From Pseudomonadales bacterium (GTDB taxonomy: Bacteria > Pseudomonadota > Gammaproteobacteria > Pseudomonadales > UBA3067): a stretch of 64,000 nucleotides of DNA. Where the stretch lies: NCBI GenBank assembly GCA_040235475.1, contig JBECKY010000043.1, positions 20,476 through 84,475 of the forward strand. The letters are read 5' to 3'. Below the pieces are notes generated by a model, which did not search any database, had not been told where the DNA came from, and saw only the letters and a program-made list of their open reading frames with translations. Numbering within the stretch: the stretch's first letter is position 1; each line of letters starts with the position of its first letter. A program made the position numbers and the translations under genes. Positions 51,226 through 60,164 of the stretch are shown in pieces.

Positions 51226-52766
51226 CAAAAAATCCAATTTCAACAAGCTCGGAATGGACTTTTGAACTGCTGGAAGCCTATGACAGTGCGATTGCAGAAA
51301 TTGCAAAACGTTTCAAGCTTGATACCTACCCCAACCAGATTGAAGTTATTTCCGCAGAGCAAATGATGGATGCCTACTCTTCCGTAGGCATGCCTGTTGG
51401 CTATAACCATTGGTCTTTTGGTAAGCATTTTTTGTCGGTTCACGAAAATTACCGCCGCGGGCAAATGGGCCTGGCTTACGAAATTGTTATCAATTCAAAC
51501 CCCTGCATTGCCTATTTGATGGAAGAAAATACCATGCCCATGCAGGCATTGGTTATCGCACATGCCTGCTACGGCCATAACTCTTTCTTTAAAGGCAACT
51601 ACCTGTTTAAAACCTGGACCGATGCTAACTTAATCATTGACTACCTGGTATTTGCCAAAAGCTATATCCAAAAATGCGAAGAACGCCATGGCGTAGATGA
51701 AGTGGAGTCCATACTGGATTCCTGTCACGCGTTAATGAATTATGGCGTGGATCGGTATAAACGCCCTTATCCCATTTCCGTCGCAGAAGAGCGAAAAAGG
51801 CAAAAAAACCGGGAAAAATACCTGCAATCCCAGGTAAATGAACTATGGAAAACTATTCCTAAGAATCCAAAAAAGCAAGACAAACAGCAGAACCTCTTCC
51901 CAGAGGAACCACAAGAAAATTTACTCTACTTTATTGAAAAAAATGCGCCGCTGCTGCAACCCTGGCAACGAGAAATTGTCAGAATCGTCAGAAAAATTGC
52001 CCAATATTTTTACCCACAACGGCAAACCCAGGTGATGAACGAGGGCTGGGCAACGTTCTGGCATTACACCTTGCTGAACACCCTCTATGATGAAGGCAAG
52101 GTTACCGACGGCTTTATGCTTGAAGTGCTCAGCTCTCATACCGGCGTTATTTATCAACCACCGTTTGACAGCCCCTATTACTCCGGTATTAACCCTTATG
52201 CGCTTGGATTCAATATGATGCAGGACATTCGCCGGATTTGTGAAAACCCAACCGACGAAGACAAAAAGTGGTTTCCTGATATTGCCGGTTCCGACTGGGT
52301 CGAAACCTTGCACTTCGCTATGAAAAACTTTAAAGACGAAAGCTTCATTCTACAATTTTTATCGCCAAAGCTTATTCGTGAGTTTAGACTATTTAGCGTA
52401 CTTGATGATGATACCAAAAGTGATATTGAAATCACCCATATTCACGATGATGAAGGCTATAAATACATCAGGGAATTATTATCAACCCAATATAATCTGA
52501 GCATGAACGAGCCCAACATTCAGGTTGTTAATGTCAATATCAATGGCGACCGCTCCATGACCTTGCACCATATCCAGCACAATCGCAGGCCACTGCTTGA
52601 TGACTGTCAAGAAGTTATCAAACATTTACACCGCTTGTGGCAATTTGATGTTCACCTAAAGTCTTTTCGTGGTGACGATTTATATAAATCATACTCTTGC
52701 CCGAGTGCCAGCGATAAAGAAGCAGCCAGCGCTGCAGAAAAAACCGCTGATACAAATGCCAACTAA
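51222..52766 (+). CDS. ycgB: SpoVR/YcgB-family protein
   Basis: 514 aa. Overlaps yeaH by 4 nt. Motifs: [22 protein letters not shown]. Confidence 0.9.
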   Translation: MTKNPISTSSEWTFELLEAYDSAIAEIAKRFKLDTYPNQIEVISAEQMMDAYSSVGMPVGYNHWSFGKHFLSVHENYRRGQMGLAYEIVINSNPCIAYLMEENTMPMQALVIAHACYGHNSFFKGNYLFKTWTDANLIIDYLVFAKSYIQKCEERHGVDEVESILDSCHALMNYGVDRYKRPYPISVAEERKRQKNREKYLQSQVNELWKTIPKNPKKQDKQQNLFPEEPQENLLYFIEKNAPLLQPWQREIVRIVRKIAQYFYPQRQTQVMNEGWATFWHYTLLNTLYDEGKVTDGFMLEVLSSHTGVIYQPPFDSPYYSGINPYALGFNMMQDIRRICENPTDEDKKWFPDIAGSDWVETLHFAMKNFKDESFILQFLSPKLIREFRLFSVLDDDTKSDIEITHIHDDEGYKYIRELLSTQYNLSMNEPNIQVVNVNINGDRSMTLHHIQHNRRPLLDDCQEVIKHLHRLWQFDVHLKSFRGDDLYKSYSCPSASDKEAASAAEKTADTNAN

Positions 52767-52777
52767 GCAACAAAAAG

Positions 52778-52813
52778 CAAAGAGCTGGGGGTTAGATCTA
52801 GCACAGCTCTTTG
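52778..52813. terminator. Hairpin between convergent ycgB and the DMT transporter
   Basis: 10-bp stem CAAAGAGCTG / CAGCTCTTTG with a 16-nt loop. It is followed by AATTTTA only, so the T-run is weak. Confidence 0.4.
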
Positions 52814-52840
52814 AATTTTACCCTTCGCTTAAATCCGGCT

Positions 52841-53731
52841 TCAGGCCAGATTAATTTTTTGCATCAGCTTGTCCCCCCATAAAAAACAAGCAAGCCCTGA
52901 AATAATTGCACAGACCCCCAACCAGGTGGTCACTGAAATGTGCTCGTGATTTAATTGAATTCCCAAAAAAAGCGCCAACACAGGCGTTATCAAGGTCACC
53001 AATGCGACAGTACTTGGTGACAGCTTTCGTAAAATATAAAAGTAACTCAAGAAGCCAAGCAACGAACCGCCTATACCAAGATAAAGTATTGCCCCAAAAG
53101 TAACAAAAGGCACTTGATCAACTTTTACCTCAGCTACAACGGGAAGGCTTAACAACAAATAAAAAGGCAAAGCAAAAACCAAAGTTCCCATTGTCTGGGA
53201 GAGAGGATGACCATTTAACTCGTAAAACTTAACCAATACAGCACTTAAGGAAAAAAACCCCGCGCCCAATAAAATTAATCCGGCGCCGTAGAAAAATCCT
53301 CTGTCAAAGCCCACGTCATTGGAAAAAATAATTACCAAGCCCATTATCGACAGCAACAATGCCAGCCATTTCATCAGCGTTAAAGGCGGCTCACCAAGCA
53401 CATAAACCGCTAAAATACCGGTCAACACTGGAGACAAGCCAAATATCACCGAGATCAAGCCAGAAGGCACATAACGCGCGCCCAGATAAACACACACCAG
53501 CCCGCCCACTATGCCTATAGCGCCTGCAGCATAATTTTTCCACGCCATACGACTCCATTCAATGGAAAGGCCTGCCACTTTGAGCAAGACATACCCCACA
53601 GCAACTGCAGCCAACATTCGCAGCGATACACCTATTAGCGGGTGCAAGCCGACACTACTCCATTGAATAGCCAAAGGCGTGGTAGACCAAATTAACACAA
53701 CCACCAAATAAGCGGATCGGGTAAAACTCAT
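52841..53731 (-). CDS. EamA/DMT-superfamily transporter (10 TM)
   Basis: 296 aa with two EamA-like halves and hydrophobic throughout. AGGAAG RBS. Substrate unknown. Confidence 0.85.
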   Translation of the reverse strand: MSFTRSAYLVVVLIWSTTPLAIQWSSVGLHPLIGVSLRMLAAVAVGYVLLKVAGLSIEWSRMAWKNYAAGAIGIVGGLVCVYLGARYVPSGLISVIFGLSPVLTGILAVYVLGEPPLTLMKWLALLLSIMGLVIIFSNDVGFDRGFFYGAGLILLGAGFFSLSAVLVKFYELNGHPLSQTMGTLVFALPFYLLLSLPVVAEVKVDQVPFVTFGAILYLGIGGSLLGFLSYFYILRKLSPSTVALVTLITPVLALFLGIQLNHEHISVTTWLGVCAIISGLACFLWGDKLMQKINLA

Positions 53732-53767
53732 TTTCTAACTTCTTCCTTTTGTAAAGCAGCACCTTCC

Positions 53768-53818
53768 CCTGCGGCCAAAAACAAAAAAGGCCGCAGGTTG
53801 AAAACGCTGCGGCCTTTT
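53768..53818 (-). terminator. Intrinsic terminator on the minus strand about 45 nt upstream of the transporter ATG, with a third motif copy that allows an alternative hairpin
   Basis: Minus strand: GGCCGCAG (53814-53807), a 10-nt loop, CCTGCGGCC (53797-53789), TTTTTTGTTTTT (53788-53777), then GGCCGCAGG (53776-53768). The stem is 8 bp with a 4-bp A:U extension. The middle arm can instead pair 9 bp with the third copy. Confidence 0.7.
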
Positions 53819-53845
53819 AAAATTATACGTTTTATGATGTTATCG

Positions 53846-53980
53846 TTATAATTTCCTCAAGCTCACAGCAAAACCCACGCGTTTCCACCATCGCAGTTTG
53901 GCCGCCATGGAAACCACGACCACCAGCACAGGCACCGGGTTGCCAAGTTTTACTTTAAAAATCATACTTAAGATCATCAT
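53846..53980 (-). CDS. Unannotated 44-codon small ORF (leader-peptide or small-membrane-protein candidate)
   Basis: Own translation: MMILSMIFKVKLGNPVPVLVVVVSMAAKLRWWKRVGFAVSLRKL*. It is below the 60-aa ORF-track cutoff. It sits between a promoter-like element and the terminator above. There is no SD, so the start would be leaderless. Confidence 0.3.
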   Translation of the reverse strand: MMILSMIFKVKLGNPVPVLVVVVSMAAKLRWWKRVGFAVSLRKL

Positions 53981-53987
53981 GTCGTTT

Positions 53988-54016
53988 ATAATGCGGCGGT
54001 AAAATACATTCGTCAA
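53988..54016 (-). promoter_or_regulatory. Candidate sigma70 promoter for the small ORF and transporter leader, overlapping a perfect plus-strand TATAAT that may serve cca
   Basis: The minus strand reads TTGACG (54016-54011), a 17-nt spacer, then CATTAT (53993-53988). The ORF's ATG (53980) lies 7 nt after the -10 element. The plus strand carries TATAAT at 53987-53992, 41 nt upstream of the cca ATG. Confidence 0.3.
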
Positions 54017-54032
54017 TCGTTTCAGGCAAGAA

Positions 54033-55271
54033 ATGCAAATTTATTTAGTCGGTGGTGCAATCAGAGACAAGCTATTGAAGCGCCCGGTCAAAGAAAAGGA
54101 CTGGGTGGTTGTCGGCGCCACACCCGACGACATGCTTGCCCAGGGCTATCGCCCGGTCGGCAAAGACTTCCCCGTATTTCTCCACCCAGATACAAATGAA
54201 GAATACGCTTTGGCGCGAACGGAGCGTAAAACCGGGACAGGTTACAAGGGCTTCACCTGCGATGCCTCAACCTCCGTCACGCTTGAGGAAGATCTGCTAC
54301 GCCGAGACCTCACCATTAACGCCATCGCTGAGGACAATCAGGGCCACATCATCGACCCTTTCAAGGGGCAGCAGGATTTAAATAATAAAATCTTACGCCA
54401 CGTTTCTCCAGCCTTTGCCGAAGACCCGGTGCGGGTACTGCGCGTTGCCCGTTTTGCTGCTCGCTATGCTTACCTGGGTTTTCGCATTGCCGAACAAACC
54501 CTTGAGCTGATGCAAAACATGGCATCCGCAGGCGAGCTTGACTATCTGGTACCTGAAAGAGTTTGGCAGGAACTGCAAAAAGCCCTTGCTGAACAACACC
54601 CCGACATATTCTTCGAAACCCTACGGGCCAGCCATGCCCTGGCTATTATTATCCCGGAAATAGACCGGCTATTTGGCGTACCCCAAACGGCCCAACATCA
54701 CCCTGAAATAGACACCGGTGTGCATACCTTGATGGTATTACAACAGGCCAGCCTGCTTTCAAACAGCACCAGCGTACGCTTTGCGGCATTAACCCACGAC
54801 CTGGGCAAAGCCGCCACCCCCAAAGAAGAGTGGCCACGTCATATTGCCCATGAAGAACGCGGAGCAGTATTGGTTGAACAGATGTGCAAACGGCTTAAAA
54901 TTCCAAACGCTTATAAAGACCTGGCCGTATTAGTGGCCCGTTACCATCTCCAGTGTCACCGCGCTTTTGAATTGCGTGCGAATACCCTGCTCAACTTATT
55001 TGAAAAGGCTGGAGCATTTCGCAATCCGGAAAAATTCGAGCAATTTCTTTTAGCCTGCGAAGCCGATGCCCGTGGCAGAAAAGGCAGGGAACAAAACCCT
55101 TATCCGCAGGCAGCCTATCTGAAAAGCGCCCTGGCAAGCGCCATGACCGTAAACGCCAAACCATTTATTGAACAAGGTCTTCAGGGTAAAGCCATTGCCG
55201 ATGCCATGTACAACACCCGCTGTACCACCTTGAAAAAGTTTAAACAGGAATACCAAAACCGTCATGACTGA
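54033..55271 (+). CDS. cca: Multifunctional CCA-adding enzyme (tRNA nucleotidyltransferase with HD domain)
   Basis: 412 aa. MQIYLVGGAIRD, RRDLTINA, HD-domain HDLGK. Confidence 0.95.
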   Translation: MQIYLVGGAIRDKLLKRPVKEKDWVVVGATPDDMLAQGYRPVGKDFPVFLHPDTNEEYALARTERKTGTGYKGFTCDASTSVTLEEDLLRRDLTINAIAEDNQGHIIDPFKGQQDLNNKILRHVSPAFAEDPVRVLRVARFAARYAYLGFRIAEQTLELMQNMASAGELDYLVPERVWQELQKALAEQHPDIFFETLRASHALAIIIPEIDRLFGVPQTAQHHPEIDTGVHTLMVLQQASLLSNSTSVRFAALTHDLGKAATPKEEWPRHIAHEERGAVLVEQMCKRLKIPNAYKDLAVLVARYHLQCHRAFELRANTLLNLFEKAGAFRNPEKFEQFLLACEADARGRKGREQNPYPQAAYLKSALASAMTVNAKPFIEQGLQGKAIADAMYNTRCTTLKKFKQEYQNRHD

Positions 55272-56031
55272 CACAAACACCAAAACCACTGCAAACACCC
55301 AAAATGATTACCCGGTATTACTGATCACCGGCGGCAGCAAACGTATCGGTGCTGACATTGTTCGCGCCCTCCACCCGGCTTATAACATCGTTTTACACTA
55401 TCGCAACTCCGTCGCTGAAGCCAAGGCCTTAAGCCAAATATTAAACCAAAGCAGAAACAACAGCTGCCAGATCATTCAAGCCAACCTGAATAATCACCAG
55501 GAAGTATTGAACCTGGCGGAAACAGCCAAGCAGTGCTGGGGAAAAATCAACGCCCTGATTAACAATGCCTCTGAGTTCTTTCCCACCCCCATTGGCAAGG
55601 TCACAGAATCCAACTGGGACGCCCTGCTGGGCAGCAACATGAAAGCCCCGTTTTTTCTCTCCCAGGCCCTTGCCGATGAACTGAAAAGAAATCAGGGTAA
55701 TATTATTAATATTGTCGACATTTACGCCGAAAGACCCTTGCGGGAACACACCGTGTATTCAATGGCAAAAGCAGGTTTAAAAATGATGACTGAAAGCCTG
55801 GCCAAAGAACTTGGCCCCAATGTGAGAGTCAATGCCATTGCCCCTGGCCCCATACTCTGGTCAGACACACCCTCCGGTCCAGACCAGGAAAAAATTATTC
55901 AAAGCACCGCCCTTAAGCGTCAGGGCACACCTGACGCTATAGCAAAAGCCGTGGAGTTTTTACTACAAGATGCAAATTATACGACTGGGGAAATGATCCG
56001 GATTGATGGCGGCAGGCATCTAAGTTGGTAA
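55264..56031 (+). CDS. Pteridine reductase-like short-chain dehydrogenase (FolM/PTR1-like)
   Basis: 255 aa. LITGGSKRIGADI, NNAS, YSMAKAGL. Overlaps cca by 8 nt and lies next to folK-folB. Confidence 0.75.
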   Translation: MTDTNTKTTANTQNDYPVLLITGGSKRIGADIVRALHPAYNIVLHYRNSVAEAKALSQILNQSRNNSCQIIQANLNNHQEVLNLAETAKQCWGKINALINNASEFFPTPIGKVTESNWDALLGSNMKAPFFLSQALADELKRNQGNIINIVDIYAERPLREHTVYSMAKAGLKMMTESLAKELGPNVRVNAIAPGPILWSDTPSGPDQEKIIQSTALKRQGTPDAIAKAVEFLLQDANYTTGEMIRIDGGRHLSW

Positions 56032-56556
56032 TTAGCCAGCCTTCTCGTTTTCTGGCAACACCTGCTTATGCCAGGGAAAATCTATTTGCCAGAGTTTTTG
56101 TTTGTTGTTATCAAATTCACCCCACAAATCCCCATAGGTTTTTTTTAACACAGGGTGCAATGCTTCCCCGGCGATATCAGCAAGGGGTTTTAACACAAAA
56201 GCATTATAGGTAATCTCTTCCCGAGGCAGCACAGTGCCGGCAAAGTCCCCCACCTTGTCATCATAGCTTAGGATATCCAGATCCAAAGTTCGGGCACTGA
56301 ATTTTGGCGTTTTTCTATCACGACCCTGTTCGTCTTCAATAGCACGCAGCTTTTTCGCCAACTCAACCAATGTTATATGGGTTTTAAAACCAACCACTAA
56401 ATTAAAAAAATTCTCACCTTCAAACCCCACCGCCTCACTTTCATAAACGGGGGAGCAGATCAGCTGCTCAAAATTTTCCTGCAAGGCATTATAGGCGGAG
56501 CGAATATGCTCTTCTCGATCAATATTACTGCCTATACTGACATAAACATGATGCAT
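56032..56556 (-). CDS. folK: 2-amino-4-hydroxy-6-hydroxymethyldihydropteridine diphosphokinase
   Basis: 174 aa. VYVSIGSNI, FFNLVV, RTLDLDIL. Its start overlaps the folB stop (TAATG). Confidence 0.92.
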   Translation of the reverse strand: MHHVYVSIGSNIDREEHIRSAYNALQENFEQLICSPVYESEAVGFEGENFFNLVVGFKTHITLVELAKKLRAIEDEQGRDRKTPKFSARTLDLDILSYDDKVGDFAGTVLPREEITYNAFVLKPLADIAGEALHPVLKKTYGDLWGEFDNNKQKLWQIDFPWHKQVLPENEKAG

Positions 56557-56912
56557 TAAAGTGTTCTCTCTCGTTCAATGATAACACCAACGTCTTTTGA
56601 TCCCCGAATCGCACCGGGCTTGCTAAGGCGCAACCTCACCCAGGGAACGTTGAATTCATTGAGTATAATCGCTGTAATTTGTTCTGCCATGGTTTCTACC
56701 AATTGGAACTCGCTTTTTTCAACAAAATCGATTATGCGCTTTGATACAGATTTGTAATCCACTGCGTCTGCAATGTTATCGCTCGCAGCCGCTCTACGGT
56801 TATCAGAGGCCATTTCCACATCCAGGCTAACGGTCTGTTTAATTTTTCGTTCCCAGTCAAAAATACCGATTACCGTTTCTATTTCCAGCTCTCTGATATA
56901 AACAATATCCAT
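56556..56912 (-). CDS. folB: Dihydroneopterin aldolase
   Basis: 118 aa. MDIVYIRELEIETVIGIFDWER, DYKSVSKRI. Confidence 0.92.
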   Translation of the reverse strand: MDIVYIRELEIETVIGIFDWERKIKQTVSLDVEMASDNRRAAASDNIADAVDYKSVSKRIIDFVEKSEFQLVETMAEQITAIILNEFNVPWVRLRLSKPGAIRGSKDVGVIIERERTL

Positions 56913-57047
56913 AGGTTTAGCTCGTGTTAGTGAGTTGTTTTTTTTTGAAACCGCGTATCAACAATGCCGTACTGACGAAACAAATAGGGTACAATTCCTG
57001 GCATCTGAACGCAAAACCAGTAAAAGCGACTTATTTCGAGGCAGGCC

Positions 57048-57689
57048 TTGGACTTAATATTCATTGTTTCTATATTTGTTTTATGTGTTTTTTCTTACCT
57101 TGCCGGCTCGCTGTCTGCGGCTATTATTGTCTGCAAGCTGCTGGGTTATCCCGACCCTCGCGGCAGTGGCTCTAATAACCCTGGAACCACCAATGTCTTG
57201 CGCATAGCCGGTAAAGGCCCGGCCATTCTAACCCTTACGGGCGATGTGGCCAAAGGCGTAATACCTATTCTTGTGGGAAAAGCCTTTAATATTGAAGGTT
57301 ACGCCCTGGCTTTAATGGGCCTGTGTGCCTTTTTAGGCCATTTATTCCCGGTATTTTTTAATTTTGAAGGCGGCAAGGGTGTAGCCACTGCGGTGGGTGT
57401 TATTACCACTATCAATTGGCATATTGGTTTAACTCTGCTTGGTATCTGGCTCTTGATGGCGGTTATGTTCCGCTATTCTTCGCTGGCAGCTCTGGTGGCA
57501 GCTGCGTGCGCACCCGTATTGGCCTACCTCTGGGATAAACCTTTACTTTACCCCGGCATTGTTATGGTGGCCCTGTTGTTTTATCGCCATAAGCCCAACA
57601 TCAAAGCCCTGCTTAAAGGCACTGAAAGTAAAATCGGGCAAAAAAAAGAAAACCAAAATAATCCCGATACGGCGAGCAGCGCGAAATAG
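57048..57689 (+). CDS. plsY: Glycerol-3-phosphate acyltransferase PlsY
   Basis: 213 aa with a TTG start (no in-frame ATG nearby). YLAGSLSAAIIVCKLLGYPDPRGSGSNNPGTTNV, GGKGVAT. Confidence 0.9.
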   Translation: MDLIFIVSIFVLCVFSYLAGSLSAAIIVCKLLGYPDPRGSGSNNPGTTNVLRIAGKGPAILTLTGDVAKGVIPILVGKAFNIEGYALALMGLCAFLGHLFPVFFNFEGGKGVATAVGVITTINWHIGLTLLGIWLLMAVMFRYSSLAALVAAACAPVLAYLWDKPLLYPGIVMVALLFYRHKPNIKALLKGTESKIGQKKENQNNPDTASSAK

Positions 57690-57699
57690 CACATACTAT

Positions 57700-58740
57700 T
57701 TAAATCTGATCCAAAGGCCAGCGGGCTTTCACTGACACCCCAAGCCCCTCTGCCTGCCCTGCTAACAGACGCTGGCACCCTGCATAAGCAATCATGGCGC
57801 CGTTATCAGTACAAAAAGCCGGCCGAGGAAAAAAAACCTGACCATTCACTGCCTTCATGGCTTTGTTTAAACCTGCGCGTAATTCAACATTGGCACTGAC
57901 ACCACCGGCCACCACCAATCTGGACAATCCGCTTTCCTTTAAGGCTCTTTTGCATTTAATCACCATGGTATCGACTACTGCGCGCTGGAAACCGGCGGCA
58001 ATATCGGCGCAGACCTGCTGGTCGATGCCCAAACCAGAGAAATGAGCCTGAGCAGGATCGCCACCTTGCTGCCGAATGGTATTCATTACTGCGGTTTTCA
58101 AGCCACTGAAACTAAAATCAAGACCAGAGCGGTCCGTCATCGGGCGCGGAAAAACAAAGCGTTTGGCATCGCCTTTTTCTGCAAGCCTGGCGATGGCAGG
58201 GCCTCCGGGATAATCCAGGCCAAACATTTTAGCCACTTTATCGAAGGCTTCACCGGCGGCATCATCCACAGATTCACCCAAAATCTGATAGTGGCCAATG
58301 CCTTCTACCCTAATCAGCAGGGTATGGCCGCCACTGACTAAAAGCGCCACAAAAGGAAAAGCAGGCGGATTCTCTTCAAGCATGGGGGCTAACAAGTGGC
58401 CTTCCATGTGGTGAATCGCCACAGCAGGCACCTGCCAACTGTAAGCCAGGCTGCGGCCAATACTGGCCCCTACCAGCAAAGCCCCCACTAAACCAGGGCC
58501 TGCGGTATAGGCAATACCGCCCACATCACCAGACTTCAAACCCGCTTGGCTCAGTACGCTTCTAATCAAAGGCAAGGTCTTACGAACATGATCGCGGCTT
58601 GCCAGCTCAGGCACTACACCGCCGTAATCAGCATGCACCGCAACCTGACTGTACAATGCCTCAGCAATGATACCGGCTTCACTGTCATAAATGGCAATGC
58701 CGGTTTCATCGCATGATGTTTCTATGCCCAAGACACGCAT
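57700..58740 (-). CDS. tsaD: tRNA N6-adenosine threonylcarbamoyltransferase
   Basis: I trimmed the start to [14 protein letters not shown] (ATG at 58740). Motifs: HHMEGH, LVSGGHT, GGVSAN. Confidence 0.95.
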   Translation of the reverse strand: MRVLGIETSCDETGIAIYDSEAGIIAEALYSQVAVHADYGGVVPELASRDHVRKTLPLIRSVLSQAGLKSGDVGGIAYTAGPGLVGALLVGASIGRSLAYSWQVPAVAIHHMEGHLLAPMLEENPPAFPFVALLVSGGHTLLIRVEGIGHYQILGESVDDAAGEAFDKVAKMFGLDYPGGPAIARLAEKGDAKRFVFPRPMTDRSGLDFSFSGLKTAVMNTIRQQGGDPAQAHFSGLGIDQQVCADIAAGFQRAVVDTMVIKCKRALKESGLSRLVVAGGVSANVELRAGLNKAMKAVNGQVFFPRPAFCTDNGAMIAYAGCQRLLAGQAEGLGVSVKARWPLDQI

Positions 58741-59051
58741 GTTACACATTTCACCCAAACAAATAACTCAAAGGACGCTATTTTAGGCCGAATCATTTTT
58801 TTTACCTAATCTTTTACCTGCTTCGCTCTTTCGACCTTTCTGTCATTCAATATAACAGGCACTGGCTCTGCTGCACGCTTATAATGCAAGTATGAGCTGC
58901 GGTTTATTGCATTTAGCGCCATAACCTATTAAAATCACCGCCCTCTCGGGAGTCTGGGAGCAAATTTTGCTTTATAGACTTTTGTTGATCAATTTAAACC
59001 TATCCAAAAGGGCTATTCCTCCCTTTCGGATTTATAAACAGGTAATACTGA

Positions 59052-59267
59052 ATGCCTCAAGTAAAATTACGTGAAGGTGAGCCGTTTGACGTTGCTCTAC
59101 GCCGGTTTAAGCGTTCTTGTGAAAAAGCTGGATTATTAGCCGAAGTGCGTAGTCGTGAGTTTTACGAAAAACCCACCCAGATCCGTAAACGTAAAGCTGC
59201 TGCCGCTGTAAAGCGCCATGCCAAAAAAGTATCTCGGGATCAAGTTCGTCGCAAGCGTTTGTATTAA
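59052..59267 (+). CDS. rpsU: 30S ribosomal protein S21
   Basis: 71 aa. [27 protein letters not shown]. Confidence 0.97.
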   Translation: MPQVKLREGEPFDVALRRFKRSCEKAGLLAEVRSREFYEKPTQIRKRKAAAAVKRHAKKVSRDQVRRKRLY

Positions 59268-59478
59268 TCTTGAGCACCTCTCAATAAGTCTGAGCGCGTC
59301 TGAGTAAGGCTGGGCGTCACCGCTTGAAGGCTTAAATTTTCAACTGCGCTTCGCGGGGCCGCTTGCAGCAAGCTATTGCGAAGTTTTGCAGTAACAGCAG
59401 GTGCTTTAGACGACACCGCTGCTGGCTGTTTTAGACGCACTTTGGATTCGTTAGAACTATAGACTTAGGGAGCACAAG

Positions 59479-59928
59479 ATGTCTGCCAGTTTAAAAGAGT
59501 CGTTAATCGAAGCCATGAAAGCAGCCATGCGCGCCAAGGACAAACAACGCCTGGGCGTTATTCGCCTTGCTTTGGCGGCCTTCAAACAAATTGAAGTTGA
59601 TGAACGCATAGAGCTTGACGAAGCCCGATCCCTTGCCACCCTCGATAAAATGGTAAAACAACGTCGCGACTCCATTAACCAGTATGTCGCTGCCGCCCGG
59701 GAAGACCTGGCAGAGATAGAGCGTTACGAGATCACTGTACTGCAAGAGTTTCTACCCCAAGCCCTCAGCGACGAAGAAATCAGCACCATCATCTCAGCTG
59801 CCATTGCCGATACGGGCGCACAATCGATGGCCGATATGGGTAAAGTCATGGCCATTGTAAAACCCAAAGTCCAAGGCCGGGCAGATGTAGGCGCAGTCAG
59901 CAAGCTGGTTAAGCAACAACTAAGCTAA
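59479..59928 (+). CDS. yqeY: GatB/YqeY-domain protein
   Basis: 149 aa. LKESLIEAMKAAMRAKDKQRLGVIRL...MGKVMA. Confidence 0.9.
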   Translation: MSASLKESLIEAMKAAMRAKDKQRLGVIRLALAAFKQIEVDERIELDEARSLATLDKMVKQRRDSINQYVAAAREDLAEIERYEITVLQEFLPQALSDEEISTIISAAIADTGAQSMADMGKVMAIVKPKVQGRADVGAVSKLVKQQLS

Positions 59929-60164
59929 GGAACCGCTGAACAAGTCTGGGCCTAAAAGATCGAAAGCTGAAATTTTCAAATACAAGACGCTGAACCTGTG
60001 CAATGCCCAAGCTTTCTTAATTTATAAACACCACCGCCTTACAAGCACTTAGCCACCTACCTCTACTCACCCGATCAAGCTGATTTCACAAACACTGGCG
60101 TAAGCAAACCCACTACCGTTATGCTATACCAAATTTTTACTTAATTATTGCAAGCGACTAACCC

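Noticed and set aside
53907-54002. A plus-strand 31-codon ORF, METTTTSTGTGLPSFTLKIILKIIMSFIMRR, whose Thr run looks like a thrL-type leader.
   Set aside because: It is the frame-shifted complement of the minus-strand Val run, so only one of the two can be meaningful. It has no SD and runs through the cca -10 element. No terminator hairpin lies between it and cca, and cca is not a Thr-related gene. The minus-strand reading has a promoter, a terminator and a downstream gene in the right order.
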